A stretch of 64,000 bases of DNA from Alphaproteobacteria bacterium (GCA_965232515.1 CBDDPY010000002.1:3648001-3712000); one strand, 5' to 3'. Shown: positions 8,502 through 18,798, counted from the stretch's first letter. Translations and numbers: made by a program. Notes: generated by a model from the sequence alone, not told the origin.

Positions 8502-9926
8502 TCAGCCGAAGGCGTTCAGGAAACGGACGATCTTGCGGGTCCGGTCGCTGAACAGCGACGGCGTGAAGTAGCTGCCGGCGGCGCGCTTGCTGACCTCGCC
8601 CAGCGTCGGGTAGGGCGCGATCATCGAGGCCAGCTTCGAGATCTTCATCTTGTTCGACACCGCCAGCACCCAGGGCTGGATCAGCTCGCCGGCATGCGCG
8701 CCGGCGATCGTCGCGCCCAGAATGCGGCCGTTCTTGGCCGTGATCGCCTTGATCAGACCGTCGGTCAGCCGCTCGGCCTGGGCCCTGTCGTTCTCGGCAT
8801 AGGGCCAGCGCAGCACCCGGATATCGCCGTGCTTCTCTTTCGCGTCCGCCTCGTTGAGGCCGACATGGGCCAGCTCCGGATCCGTGTAGGTGACCCACGG
8901 CACGGCCGAGTGGTCGGCCTTGGCCGGCAGGCGGAACAGGATATTGCGGATCGCGATGCCGGCGTGATAGCCGGCGACATGGGTGAACTGATGGCCGCCG
9001 GCACAGTCGCCGATGGCCCAGATCTTCTTGTTTGTCGTGCGCAGCCGCGCATCGACCTCGATGCCCGTCGGCGCATAGGAAACACCGGCGGCTTCCAGGC
9101 CAAGATCCTCGACATTGGCCTTGCGGCCGGCCGCCAGCAGCAGATGCGTGCCCTCGACCGCGCGCCCGCCGTCGCCGTTTTCGACATCGACGCCGATGCC
9201 GGTGGCGGTCTTGCGCACGCCGACGACGCGGCTGCGTTCCTGAATATCGATACCGTCGCCACGCAGCCGGTTGCGGATCACGGCGACCAGTTCCGGATCG
9301 TCCTTCGGCAGGATGTCGAACATCTCCAGCACCGTCACTTCGGCGCCGAGGTTGCGGTGCGCCTGGGCCATTTCCAGCCCGATCGGGCCGCCGCCGATGA
9401 CGATCAGGTGCTCGGGCACGGCCGTGTTGTCGAAAATCGTCTCGTTGGTGGCGTATGGCACGTCGTCGAGGCCCGGAATCGGCGGCACCAGAGGCCGCGA
9501 GCCGGTGGCGATGACGAAACGCCGGGCCTGGATTTCGCGGTCGTCGGCCCTGATCCTGTCGCGGGCGATGAACTGGCCGGCGGCCTCGATCACGTTGACG
9601 CCCAGGCCCTCGAAGCGTTCGACCGAATCCTGCGGCGCGATGGCGGCGATCACGCCATGCACATGGTCGTGCACCTTCTGGCCGTCGATTACCGGCGCCG
9701 CGCCGTTGACGCCGAAGGCGGCGCCGTGGCGGTGCGCGGCCGCGGCGTGCCCGGCCGCCAACAGCGCCTTCGACGGCACACAGCCGTAGTTCAGGCAGTC
9801 GCCGCCCATCTTGTGCTTTTCCAGCAGCACCACGGAGGCGCCCAACTGACTGGCGCCGGCCGCGACCGAGAGGCCGCCCGAGCCGGCGCCGATAACGCAG
9901 AGATCCACCTTCAGCGCGTCGGCCAT
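8502..9926 (-). CDS. FAD-dependent pyridine nucleotide-disulfide oxidoreductase (Lpd/MerA-like)
   Basis: GAGSGG, GGDCLNYGCVPSK, GGGPIG, AIGD; PYPT near the C-terminus; no C-terminal CC pair. Confidence 0.9.
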   Translation of the reverse strand: MADALKVDLCVIGAGSGGLSVAAGASQLGASVVLLEKHKMGGDCLNYGCVPSKALLAAGHAAAAHRHGAAFGVNGAAPVIDGQKVHDHVHGVIAAIAPQDSVERFEGLGVNVIEAAGQFIARDRIRADDREIQARRFVIATGSRPLVPPIPGLDDVPYATNETIFDNTAVPEHLIVIGGGPIGLEMAQAHRNLGAEVTVLEMFDILPKDDPELVAVIRNRLRGDGIDIQERSRVVGVRKTATGIGVDVENGDGGRAVEGTHLLLAAGRKANVEDLGLEAAGVSYAPTGIEVDARLRTTNKKIWAIGDCAGGHQFTHVAGYHAGIAIRNILFRLPAKADHSAVPWVTYTDPELAHVGLNEADAKEKHGDIRVLRWPYAENDRAQAERLTDGLIKAITAKNGRILGATIAGAHAGELIQPWVLAVSNKMKISKLASMIAPYPTLGEVSKRAAGSYFTPSLFSDRTRKIVRFLNAFG

Positions 9927-9979
9927 CTACACTCCCTAATAAACAAACGAATGCTAGGTGCCGGGAAATTAATCTCGCG

Positions 9980-10720
9980 TCAACCGGCCGCCTGTTTCCG
10001 CGCCTTGATGCGCTTGTAAACAACCGGGATCAGCGCCAGCACGGCGAGGCCGATAATCGGGCCCAGAATTTCCGGCTTGAAGATGATTCCGAGATCCGGC
10101 GTCTCGCCGGCGTCGAACACCGCGCCCAGGCCGTTGCCGACGCTGGCATAGACGAACGTGCCGGGCATGATGCCGAAGAAGGTGCCGATCACGTAGGTCC
10201 TGAGCGGCACGCCCAGGAACGCCGGCACCAGATTGACCACGAAAAAAGGAAACAGCGGCACCAGGCGCAGCACCAGCAGATAGCTGAGCGCGTTTTCCTG
10301 GAACCCTTCTTCCATCTTCCGCACCCAGGGCCCGGCCTTGGCGCGCAGCACGTCGCCAAGCGCGGTCTTTGCGGCGATGAACAGGATGGTGGCGCCGATG
10401 GTGGCGCCGATGACGACACATATCCCACCCAGCCAGACGCCGAACAGAAAACCGCCCAGCAGGGTCATGACCGCGCCGCCCGGCAGCGAGAACGCCACCA
10501 CCACGATGTAAGCCGCGAGAAAAATCACAACTGCCAGCACGGCATTGGCGGCGACATAGTCCGTCAATGCCACCCGGTGCTCGCTCAGCACCTCGAATGA
10601 CAGGTAACGCTGGCCGCCTGCGGCAAAGAACGCAACCAGACCCGCCGCCAGGATCAATACCGGCAACAGGCGCTTGAACGAAAAGCCTCCCTTGTCGCCG
10701 TCGGAGGATGGCTCGCTCAT
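9980..10720 (-). CDS. TVP38/TMEM64 (DedA/VTT superfamily) membrane protein
   Basis: SLPGGAVMTLLGGFLFG and LRLVPLFPFFVVN motifs. Confidence 0.9.
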   Translation of the reverse strand: MSEPSSDGDKGGFSFKRLLPVLILAAGLVAFFAAGGQRYLSFEVLSEHRVALTDYVAANAVLAVVIFLAAYIVVVAFSLPGGAVMTLLGGFLFGVWLGGICVVIGATIGATILFIAAKTALGDVLRAKAGPWVRKMEEGFQENALSYLLVLRLVPLFPFFVVNLVPAFLGVPLRTYVIGTFFGIMPGTFVYASVGNGLGAVFDAGETPDLGIIFKPEILGPIIGLAVLALIPVVYKRIKARKQAAG

Positions 10721-11586
10721 GGTTCCACCTTTTTGTCCATCATGACGAATTCGGCGTGGTTATTCACGTCGTTCAGCATCCAGTCGTAGCTGTCGCCGCT
10801 GATCCGGCGGATGCCGTCAAGCTGGGCCAGCAGATCGGGCTTGGCGTACTTCTTGATATGCGCGATGACGCCCGCGTCGTTGCCGCCGAAGTCGACTTCG
10901 AACCAGTCATAGATGCTCGAGACCCTGAGTTTGCCCCGCCGCACCCGCACACCGCGCGGATTGTTGATGAAGGCAACCGCGCCCGCGTCCAGCATCGTGT
11001 CCAGGGTGGCGCTCGTATAGGCCGTATCGGCCAGGTTCGGACAGCCGACGGCGGCGCAGTTGACGCCATAGTGAATGCGGGGATCTTGCCATATCGGCCG
11101 CAGGATGCGGTGCTCGATGTCGTCCAGGCTCAGCTTTTCACCCTCGACCGTCACCAGCTTGGCGCCCCAGGGGCCGGACGAGAAGAAGCCCGGCGAGATG
11201 CGGATGTCCTTGATCGACTCCACCGGATAGTGCTCGAGAACGGTCTGGATGGTCAGTGCGTTGTAGAGGTTAATCCAGTAGGCCTTCTGCTCGGTCCGGT
11301 TCAGCTTGCTGACCTCGGTCCGGGCGAGGCCGTCGATATAGCTGTCCAGCACCTTGCTTTCGTCCCGATCGACGGCCTGGTAGTCGAACCGGTTGACGCC
11401 GCTGATGTCGGTCTTGATGTAGCGACCCAGCAGCCGCGACCAGACCGAGTGGTCGATGATTTGGGTGGAATTGGCGTCATGCGCCGTCCAGCGCTCCCAC
11501 AGATCCGGCTTTGGCGCGGCCTGCGCGGAATTCACGACCAGAAAAAAGACGGCGGCGGTGGCGACAGCGAAGCTACGAATACGCAT
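10717..11586 (-). CDS. DUF547 domain-containing exported protein
   Basis: AYWINLYNALT, SLDDIEHRILR and DPRIHYGVNCAAVGCP motifs; signal peptide. Confidence 0.88.
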   Translation of the reverse strand: MRIRSFAVATAAVFFLVVNSAQAAPKPDLWERWTAHDANSTQIIDHSVWSRLLGRYIKTDISGVNRFDYQAVDRDESKVLDSYIDGLARTEVSKLNRTEQKAYWINLYNALTIQTVLEHYPVESIKDIRISPGFFSSGPWGAKLVTVEGEKLSLDDIEHRILRPIWQDPRIHYGVNCAAVGCPNLADTAYTSATLDTMLDAGAVAFINNPRGVRVRRGKLRVSSIYDWFEVDFGGNDAGVIAHIKKYAKPDLLAQLDGIRRISGDSYDWMLNDVNNHAEFVMMDKKVEP

Positions 11587-11932
11587 CACGATTACGGCCC
11601 TCATTTAGTGACTACAGTCATGTCTGCCGGGAACTTGCCGTTTTCGTACGCGGATCGCACGGTTTGCTTTCCGTGACCGCGGCGGTCGTCCCCTTCCACC
11701 CAGATGTATTATGCATTTCGGCGCCCGATTTCAGCGACGATAAAGCAAACGTGAAAGTACGGGCGGCAAGCGTGAGCGGGCCGTGAGACCCGCCGGATCC
11801 GGCGGTCCCGGCCAGCGTCGGCACGCCCGGGGACGACGGTGGGCGGCGTTGACTCGGCCCTGGCGAGCGCTTATACAGCGGGCCTTGATTTCGGCGCCAT
11901 GGGGCCGAAGTCGGAACCACGGAGTCGTACCG

Positions 11933-12067
11933 GTGAAACGGACCTATCAACCGAGCAAACTCGTGCGCAAACGGCGCCACGGCTTTCGGGCCCGCATGGC
12001 GACCGTCGGCGGCCGCCGCATCGTGGCCAACCGCCGCGCCAAGGGTCGCAAGCGCCTCTCGGCCTGA
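11933..12067 (+). CDS. rpmH: 50S ribosomal protein L34
   Basis: GTG start; [44 protein letters not shown]. Confidence 0.97.
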   Translation: MKRTYQPSKLVRKRRHGFRARMATVGGRRIVANRRAKGRKRLSA

Positions 12068-12071
12068 CCGC

Positions 12072-12488
12072 ATGCCGGCCGCCGTCGGCCGCCTGAAACG
12101 GCGGGCGGAATTCCTGCGTGTCGCCGGCGCCAAGCGCCGGTTCATCACTCCCGGCCTGGTCTTGCAGATGCGTCCGTGGGCCTCGGACGCGCTGGAAGGG
12201 GACGAACAGGTGCAGCACAGCCTCCGGCTCGGCTTTACCGTCAGCAAGAAGGTCGGCAACGCGGTCGAACGGAACCGCGCCCGCCGCCGGCTGCGCGCGG
12301 CGGCCGCCGACGTCATGGGGCATTGCGCCGAACCGCGTCGCGACTATGTAATCATCGGACGGCGGGCCGCCCTCTCGCGACCGTATCCGGCTTTGCTGCA
12401 GGATCTGAAAACGGCGTTGCGCAGGCTGAAGGCCTGCCGGGCCGATGCGGGTGGCGAGGCTGGGCCGGCCCCTGACCGCCAGCCGTGA
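12072..12488 (+). CDS. rnpA: ribonuclease P protein component
   Basis: RLKRRAEF and RLGFTVSKKVGNAVERNRARRRLR (RNR motif); follows rpmH. Confidence 0.95.
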   Translation: MPAAVGRLKRRAEFLRVAGAKRRFITPGLVLQMRPWASDALEGDEQVQHSLRLGFTVSKKVGNAVERNRARRRLRAAAADVMGHCAEPRRDYVIIGRRAALSRPYPALLQDLKTALRRLKACRADAGGEAGPAPDRQP

Positions 12489-12500
12489 GGCCATGATCCG

Positions 12501-12737
12501 ATGAGTCTCCTCGCGCATTTTCTGACGCTGCTTGTCCGCGGCTATCAGCTGTTGCTGTCGCCCTATCTCGGCGGCACCTGCCGATATCAGCCGAGCTGTT
12601 CCCGCTACGCCCTCGACGCGCTGCGTCGGCACGGCGCGCTGCGTGGCGGCTGGCTCACGTTGCGCCGCCTGGGGCGCTGTCATCCACTCGGCGGCATGGG
12701 CTACGACCCGGTGCCGCCGGCCAAATCAGCCGAGTAG
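12501..12737 (+). CDS. yidD: membrane protein insertion efficiency factor
   Basis: [10 protein letters not shown] and [14 protein letters not shown]. Confidence 0.95.
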   Translation: MSLLAHFLTLLVRGYQLLLSPYLGGTCRYQPSCSRYALDALRRHGALRGGWLTLRRLGRCHPLGGMGYDPVPPAKSAE

Positions 12738-12742
12738 AACGC

Positions 12743-14482
12743 ATGGCCGACCAACGCAACCTGATCATGGCGATCGTGATTTCGCTCGCGATCCTGGTCG
12801 GCTGGACGATGTTCTTCGAACAGACGCTGGTGCCGCCGCCGCCCACGACGGAACAGCAGGCCGGCACGCAGCAGGCGCCCACGGGCGACGCCACGGTTCC
12901 AGTGCCGACCGCGCCGACGGGCGCGCCCACCGTGCCGGGCGTACCGCCGACTGCCGATCCTTCGGCCGTCCGCGACGCGGCGCTCGCCGAGGTGCCGCGA
13001 ATTCGCATCGAGACGCCCCGGCTCAGCGGCTCGATCTCGCTGCGCGACGGCCGCATCGACGACCTGACGCTCAACGAATACAAGGTCAACCAAACACCCG
13101 ACAGTCCCGACGTGACGCTGCTGTCACCGCGCGGTAGCCAGTTGCCCTACTTCGCCCGCTTTGGCTGGGTCGCGCCGGCCGGCGCCGAGCTCAAGCTGCC
13201 CGACGGCGATACGGTCTGGACCGCCAACCGCGACGTACTGACGCCCGAGACGCCGGTCACCTTGACTTGGGACAATGGCGAGGGCTTACGCTTCGTCCGC
13301 GTCTACGAGCTGGACAAGGACTACATGTTCACGATCCGCCAGCGCATTGTGAACAACTCGGACCAGCCGATCAGCCTACACCCGTTCGGCCTGGTGCAGA
13401 GGACCGGTCAGCCGGACACGTTCCAGCTCTACATCCTGCACGAAGGGCCGATTGGCGTCATGAACGAGACGCTGGACGAGGTCGACTACGACGACGTGCA
13501 GGACGCCGGCAAGATCGAATACCGGACGCCGAACGGCTGGATCGGCATCACCGACAAATACTGGCTGACCGCGCTGGTGCCGGACCAGGACAGCGAATTC
13601 ACCGCCGCCCACCGCTATCTTGAGGGCGACCGGTTCCAGTCCGACTATCTGAGAGACCTGGAGACCGTGCCGGCCGGCGGCAGCGCCGAGGTCGTCAACC
13701 GGCTATTCGCCGGCGCCAAGGTCGTCAATCTGCTCGACAGCTATCGCGACCGCTACAACATCCCGCTGTTCGACCGTGCCGTCGACTTCGGCTGGTTTTT
13801 CTTCCTGACCATTCCGCTGTTCCACGTCCTGCACTACTTCTACCTGCTGATCGGCAACTTCGGCCTGGCGATCCTGCTGCTGACGGTCTGCGTCAAGCTG
13901 GTGTTCTTCCCGCTCGCCAACAAGTCCTACAAGGCGATGAGCAAGATGAAGGCGCTGGCGCCGGAGATGACCAAGCTGCGCGACAAGTACGGCGACGACC
14001 GGCAGAAGATGAATCAGGAGCTGATGGCCCTCTACAAGAAGGAGAAGGTCAATCCGGCCTCCGGCTGTCTGCCGATCCTGATCCAGATCCCGGTGTTCTT
14101 CGCGCTCTACAAGGTGCTCTACGTCACCATCGAGATGCGGCACGCGCCGTTCTACGGCTGGATCCAGGATCTGTCGGCGCCCGATCCGACGACCATGTTC
14201 AACCTGTTCGGCCTGATTCCCTGGTCGCCGCCGGACTTCCTGATGATCGGCATCTGGCCGCTGCTGATGGGCATCAGCATGTTCGCCCAGCAGAAGCTGA
14301 ACCCACAGCCGACCGATCCGGTGCAGGCCAAGGTCTTCCTGCTCATGCCGATCCTGTTCACCTTCCTGCTGGCGCAGTTCCCGGCCGGTCTGGTGATCTA
14401 CTGGACCTGGAACAACCTGCTGTCCATGGCCCAGCAGTACCTGATCATGAAACGCATGGGCGTGCCGATCGGAAACAGCTAG
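12743..14482 (+). CDS. yidC: membrane protein insertase YidC
   Basis: DFGWFFF, GNFGLAILLLT, NPASGCLPILIQIPVF and YWTWNNLLS. Confidence 0.97.
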   Translation: MADQRNLIMAIVISLAILVGWTMFFEQTLVPPPPTTEQQAGTQQAPTGDATVPVPTAPTGAPTVPGVPPTADPSAVRDAALAEVPRIRIETPRLSGSISLRDGRIDDLTLNEYKVNQTPDSPDVTLLSPRGSQLPYFARFGWVAPAGAELKLPDGDTVWTANRDVLTPETPVTLTWDNGEGLRFVRVYELDKDYMFTIRQRIVNNSDQPISLHPFGLVQRTGQPDTFQLYILHEGPIGVMNETLDEVDYDDVQDAGKIEYRTPNGWIGITDKYWLTALVPDQDSEFTAAHRYLEGDRFQSDYLRDLETVPAGGSAEVVNRLFAGAKVVNLLDSYRDRYNIPLFDRAVDFGWFFFLTIPLFHVLHYFYLLIGNFGLAILLLTVCVKLVFFPLANKSYKAMSKMKALAPEMTKLRDKYGDDRQKMNQELMALYKKEKVNPASGCLPILIQIPVFFALYKVLYVTIEMRHAPFYGWIQDLSAPDPTTMFNLFGLIPWSPPDFLMIGIWPLLMGISMFAQQKLNPQPTDPVQAKVFLLMPILFTFLLAQFPAGLVIYWTWNNLLSMAQQYLIMKRMGVPIGNS

Positions 14483-15141
14483 TGGCGGATCCAGCCACCG
14501 AAGCCGAGGCGGCGGCCGCCGCCGCGATCGAACGCGGCCGTCTGCTGTTCGCCCGCGCGAGCGAATTCGTCACCGGCGTCGCCCGCATCGATCAACTGCC
14601 CGATTCCGACCTGGTGGAGGTGGCCTTCGCGGGCCGCTCGAACGTCGGCAAATCGAGTCTTTTGAACGCCGTGACCGGCCGCAAGGCGCTGGCCCGCACC
14701 TCGCACACGCCGGGCCGCACGCGCGAGATCAACTTCTTTTCCGTCGATGGCCGGCTCCACCTGGTCGACCTGCCGGGCTACGGCTATGCGCGGGCGTCGA
14801 AGACCGACATCGCCCGCTGGACCCGGCTGATCCACGACTACCTCAGAGGCCGGCCGCAGCTCCGGCGCGCCTTCCTATTGATCGACGCCCGCCACGGCAT
14901 CAAGGACACCGACAACGCGGTCATGGACCTGCTCGATACGGCGGCCGTCAGCTACCAGGCGGTGCTGACCAAGGCCGACAAGGTGAAACCGCAGGCGCTG
15001 GAAGCGGTCGTCGCGGCCACAGCGGCGAAACTCGCGAGCCACGGCGCCGCTCATCCCGAGATCATCGTCACCAGCACGGTCAAAGGCGCCGGCATTGCCG
15101 AGCTCAGGGCCGCGCTGGCGCCCCTGGCGGACGGGGCCTGA
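14482..15141 (+). CDS. engB: ribosome biogenesis GTP-binding protein YihA/YsxC
   Basis: GRSNVGKSS, PGRT, DLPGYGY and TKADK. Confidence 0.95.
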   Translation: MADPATEAEAAAAAAIERGRLLFARASEFVTGVARIDQLPDSDLVEVAFAGRSNVGKSSLLNAVTGRKALARTSHTPGRTREINFFSVDGRLHLVDLPGYGYARASKTDIARWTRLIHDYLRGRPQLRRAFLLIDARHGIKDTDNAVMDLLDTAAVSYQAVLTKADKVKPQALEAVVAATAAKLASHGAAHPEIIVTSTVKGAGIAELRAALAPLADGA

Positions 15142-15210
15142 GGGGCCGATCGATCCCGCGCCGGCAACGGCATTTCCAATCGGACACCGACTGCGCTATA
15201 AGGCGCCGCC

Positions 15211-16113
15211 ATGAGCACTGGCGCCCACGATAGCGACCACCTCGCGACCGCCCGGACCCTGTCCGAGGCGTTGCCGTATATGCGCGAGTATGCCGGCGCG
15301 ACCTTCGTTATCAAGTATGGCGGCCACGCCATGGGCGACGACGACCTGGCGGCCCGTTTCGCCCGCGACGTCGTGCTGATCAAGCAGGTCGGCATCAATC
15401 CGGTCGTTGTGCACGGCGGCGGGCCGCAGATCGGCGACATGCTGGAACGGCTGGCGATCAAAAGCGAGTTCGTGGACGGCCTGCGAGTCACCGACAAGGC
15501 CACCGTCGAGATCGTCGAGATGGTGCTCTCCGGCTCGATCAACAAACAGGTCGTCACCGAGATCAACCGCGCTGGCGGCACCGCCATCGGCCTCTCCGGC
15601 AAGGACGGCCGCCTGATCGAGGCCCGGCGGTTGCGGCGCAGCAAACGCGATCCGGATTCGAATATCGAGCGCGTGCTCGATCTGGGCTTTGTCGGCGAGC
15701 CGAGCCAAGTCAATCCCAAGCTGCTGCGCACGCTTGCCGAATCCCACGTGATCCCGGTGATCGCGCCGATCGGCGTCGGCAACAACGGCGAGACCTACAA
15801 CATCAACGCCGACACCGCGGCCGGCGCCGTCGCGGCGACGCTCGGCGCAGCCAAGCTGATCATGCTGACCGATGTCGCCGGCGTGCTCGACCAGGACGGC
15901 GAATTGATTTCCGAGCTGACGCCCGAGCAGGCCGCGACCCGCATGACCGACGGCACCATCACCGGCGGCATGATCCCGAAGCTGGAGACCTGTCTGCAGG
16001 CGGTGGATCAAGGCGTCGATGCGGCCCACATCCTGGACGGCCGCCTGCCGCACGTCCTGTTGTTGGAAATCTTCACCGAAGCCGGCGCCGGCACGAAAAT
16101 CCACCGGTTCTAG
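15211..16113 (+). CDS. argB: acetylglutamate kinase
   Basis: [22 protein letters not shown] and GGMIPK. Confidence 0.96.
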   Translation: MSTGAHDSDHLATARTLSEALPYMREYAGATFVIKYGGHAMGDDDLAARFARDVVLIKQVGINPVVVHGGGPQIGDMLERLAIKSEFVDGLRVTDKATVEIVEMVLSGSINKQVVTEINRAGGTAIGLSGKDGRLIEARRLRRSKRDPDSNIERVLDLGFVGEPSQVNPKLLRTLAESHVIPVIAPIGVGNNGETYNINADTAAGAVAATLGAAKLIMLTDVAGVLDQDGELISELTPEQAATRMTDGTITGGMIPKLETCLQAVDQGVDAAHILDGRLPHVLLLEIFTEAGAGTKIHRF

Positions 16114-16142
16114 CTAGCGCTCGGCAAACGCTTCGGTCGCGT

Positions 16143-16220
16143 CTGGATTGCCGGGTCAAGCCCGGCAATGACGAACTTGTGCGACTTGCGCTAACCCATT
16201 CGTCATGCCCGGACTTGATC
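16143..16220. repeat. CGTC-type REP doublet 1; second REP split by the IS, its other half lies at 17483-17502
   Basis: ctggattgccgggtcaagcccggcaatgacg (identical to 27683-27713), then cgtcatgcccggacttgatc|IS|gacttgatccgggcatccag. Confidence 0.9.
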
Positions 16221-17482
16221 CACTGTTGTCCGGTTTAGCCATGGGTGAAGTTGATTTTGAGCTGGCCATTGGATTTGGGCTTGTCGGGCGGTGGGTCGAA
16301 GAGGTGGGCGAGCGGCCTGCGCTGGAAGCTCGTCTTGGCGACCAGTCGGGCGATGGCTTGGAGCCCAAGGCTGGTGCCGGTTCTGATCTGGGCCAGACGC
16401 AGCAGCAGATAAGCGATCAGCGCGGTGAGGATCTGGATGCGCACGGCATTCTCGTTGCTGCCCAGGAAGTGCCGGATCTTCAGGTTCTGCTTGATCCACT
16501 TGAAGAACAGCTCGATCTGCCAGCGTTGTTTGTAAAGCGTGGCGATCTCGCTGGCCGGCGCCGTCAGATCGTTGCTGACGAGCGTGATCTCGCGGCCGCT
16601 GTCGATCACCACGCGGACCAGCCGGACCGGCTTGTCGAACGGGTTCCGGCGGTTGCGCGCCAGCCGTTCGGACAATCGCACGACCTGATCAGCCCGCACC
16701 GGCCCCTCGGCCGCCAGCGGCCGGGTCTCGATCAGCCGCACCGGCGAATTGCGCTTTAGCCGGGTGACGAACCGGCAACCGCGAGCATCGAGCGCGGCCC
16801 AGAAGCCGAAGTCGTAGTAGCCCTTGTCGAACACATAGGTGGCGCCGGCCTCAAGCGGGAAGCGCTTGGCCGGCGTGATGTCGTTGACCTGGGCCGAGGT
16901 CACGGCAAAACACACCGGCCCCGCTACCTGCGGGTCGTAGACCACGTGCAGCTTCACACAGCCATCGGCCTGCCAGCTGCTGATCCGCTTGCCGACCACG
17001 ACCCGGGTCGCATCGATCAACCGCAGCATCTCCCGGCGGCAACGCCCCGACACCTGCTGGTCCAACTGCGCCACCAGCGCCTGCAACACAGCCTCGAACA
17101 ACGCCACAGGCCGCTGCCGATTGGCATCCGACAAGGTCGACCGCCGCACCGGCTTCAGACCCAGATGTGCATGACTGCCCGGAAACCGCTCCATCGCGCC
17201 GACCACCTCGCGCAGAGACTGCGACCCCGACAGCTGCGCAAACACCATGCTCAGAAACTGCGTCCAGCAGGGCAGACGCCGTACCCGGTGGTCGGCTCCG
17301 TGAGCGGTGACAAACTTTTCAAACCGCCAGCGCGGAAAGGCCTTCATCAAGCCGCCGAAAACCGTATCCTGATAGCGCATGGCTTGGGCTCCTCACCGAG
17401 CTTCAATTCAACCGATCGTTCCCAAAATCAGTTGAATCCAAGCCATGCAGCCTGTCCACAAATTCTAAACCGGACAACAGTG
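16221..17482 (-). mobile_element. IS4-family insertion sequence, 1262 bp
   Basis: Perfect 18-bp terminal IRs cactgttgtccggtttag / ctaaaccggacaacagtg; 9-bp direct repeat gacttgatc at 16212-16220 and 17483-17491. Confidence 0.95.
16235..17380 (-). CDS. IS4 family DDE transposase
   Basis: LIDAT, FDKGY and YKQRWQIELFFKWIKQ (YREK signature); stop codon inside the IR. Confidence 0.95.
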   Translation of the reverse strand: MRYQDTVFGGLMKAFPRWRFEKFVTAHGADHRVRRLPCWTQFLSMVFAQLSGSQSLREVVGAMERFPGSHAHLGLKPVRRSTLSDANRQRPVALFEAVLQALVAQLDQQVSGRCRREMLRLIDATRVVVGKRISSWQADGCVKLHVVYDPQVAGPVCFAVTSAQVNDITPAKRFPLEAGATYVFDKGYYDFGFWAALDARGCRFVTRLKRNSPVRLIETRPLAAEGPVRADQVVRLSERLARNRRNPFDKPVRLVRVVIDSGREITLVSNDLTAPASEIATLYKQRWQIELFFKWIKQNLKIRHFLGSNENAVRIQILTALIAYLLLRLAQIRTGTSLGLQAIARLVAKTSFQRRPLAHLFDPPPDKPKSNGQLKINFTHG

Positions 17483-17535
17483 GACTTGATCCGGGCATCC
17501 AGCGGCATTGATGGCCGGCCAACGCCCGCGCGTCC

Positions 17536-18786
17536 TCACGCGAACGCGTCGAGCTGCCACTTCATGTCTTCTTCGCTCATCGGATAATCGGTGCCGTTGC
17601 GCGCGTAGAGCATCTTGTTCGGCGGCACCTTGCCGGCCTTGCTTTGCAGGCGCATGGCCGTGCGCATGGACAGCCCGGCCTTCCAGCTCAACGCGGTGAT
17701 GGCCTTGGCGCTGCCGGAATTCAGCAGCTTGCGGACGCTCTCCAACGACACCTGGCCGCGCATCGACAGCGCGTGCACGACGAAATCGATCTGACCGACA
17801 TCGATCGCGCCGCTGATGGTTTCATCGTCGAGCTGGCCGGACTTGAACAGCTCCCGGGCACGGGCCTCGTCGGCCGCCTCGACTTCACCGCCAGTCTGAT
17901 CCAGGCGTTTCTTCACGGCCTCCGCCAGCTCGGCCGCCGTATGGTCGTCCAGGTCGTTGCGCTCGGCCAGAATGCTGACCAGGGAAGAGGCGACAAAGCC
18001 GGCGATCCGCCGCACCGCCCGCATCGACAGTTCCGGGCGCATGACCAGGGGCTCGTGCCAGCTGTCGACCTCGGCGGCGTTGTCGATGATGCGGTCCAGC
18101 GTCTCTTCCCGGATCTGCGCGCCCTTGTTGGTCAACAGCGCCGCCACGGCCGGCACGTCCAGCGACGCGACAACCGCATCGGCGACATCGGCGCCAACGT
18201 CGCTGCGCCTGGCGATCGCCGTCATCGCGCCCTGGGCGGTGCCGGCGGCGATGATTTCCAGCAGATCGGCGTCGTTCAACAGCGGCGAGTATTCCAGCAC
18301 CGGCGCCGAGACGATCAGCTCGACGTCCCTGGCGAGCCGGGTGATCACGTTCTTCGGCACATTCGCCGCGGCCTTCAATTGATCTGACAGGATCGCGCGG
18401 ACCCGCGGCAACTGGTCCTGCGCCAGCAAGTCCAGCACCTCGATCGCCTGTTCCCGAACCCGGTTCTGTTCGTCCTCCGGCATATCCGGCACCAGCCGGG
18501 CGATCTTGAGCGCCAGGTCGCAGCGCACCTGGTCGTCGACATCCGTCGCCAGCAGCGCGTCGGCCTGCGCGGGCGTCGACTCGTTGGCGGCGATCGCCCG
18601 CCGGACATCCGGGGAATCGTCCTCGGCCAGGTAATACAGGATCTCCGGCCGGGCATCCGTCCGGCTCGCCAGGTCCAGGCGGACGCTGGCATCGGCATTC
18701 TGAATCTGCTGCCGCTGCTCCTCGTAGCTCAAAGACAGCTGCTCGTCGGCCAGTTTACGCTTGCGGCTGAAAAGCTTCCTCAGCAT
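17536..18786 (-). CDS. DUF2336 domain-containing protein (HEAT-like repeats)
   Basis: LARDVELIVSAPVLEYSPLLNDADLLEII and AIARRSDV; N-terminal DVRRAIAAN repeats. Confidence 0.85.
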   Translation of the reverse strand: MLRKLFSRKRKLADEQLSLSYEEQRQQIQNADASVRLDLASRTDARPEILYYLAEDDSPDVRRAIAANESTPAQADALLATDVDDQVRCDLALKIARLVPDMPEDEQNRVREQAIEVLDLLAQDQLPRVRAILSDQLKAAANVPKNVITRLARDVELIVSAPVLEYSPLLNDADLLEIIAAGTAQGAMTAIARRSDVGADVADAVVASLDVPAVAALLTNKGAQIREETLDRIIDNAAEVDSWHEPLVMRPELSMRAVRRIAGFVASSLVSILAERNDLDDHTAAELAEAVKKRLDQTGGEVEAADEARARELFKSGQLDDETISGAIDVGQIDFVVHALSMRGQVSLESVRKLLNSGSAKAITALSWKAGLSMRTAMRLQSKAGKVPPNKMLYARNGTDYPMSEEDMKWQLDAFA

Positions 18787-18798
18787 CCGGTTTCCCCA

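Noticed and set aside
8502-9926. merA or lpdA gene call
   Set aside because: No C-terminal Cys pair or mer genes, and no catalytic HPT or dehydrogenase-complex neighbours.
11600-11930. oriC next to rpmH
   Set aside because: No dnaA, no DnaA-box cluster and no AT-rich unwinding element seen.
16205-16759. 184-aa protein-like ORF on the plus strand
   Set aside because: Antisense frame of the IS4 transposase, with its start outside the IS boundary.
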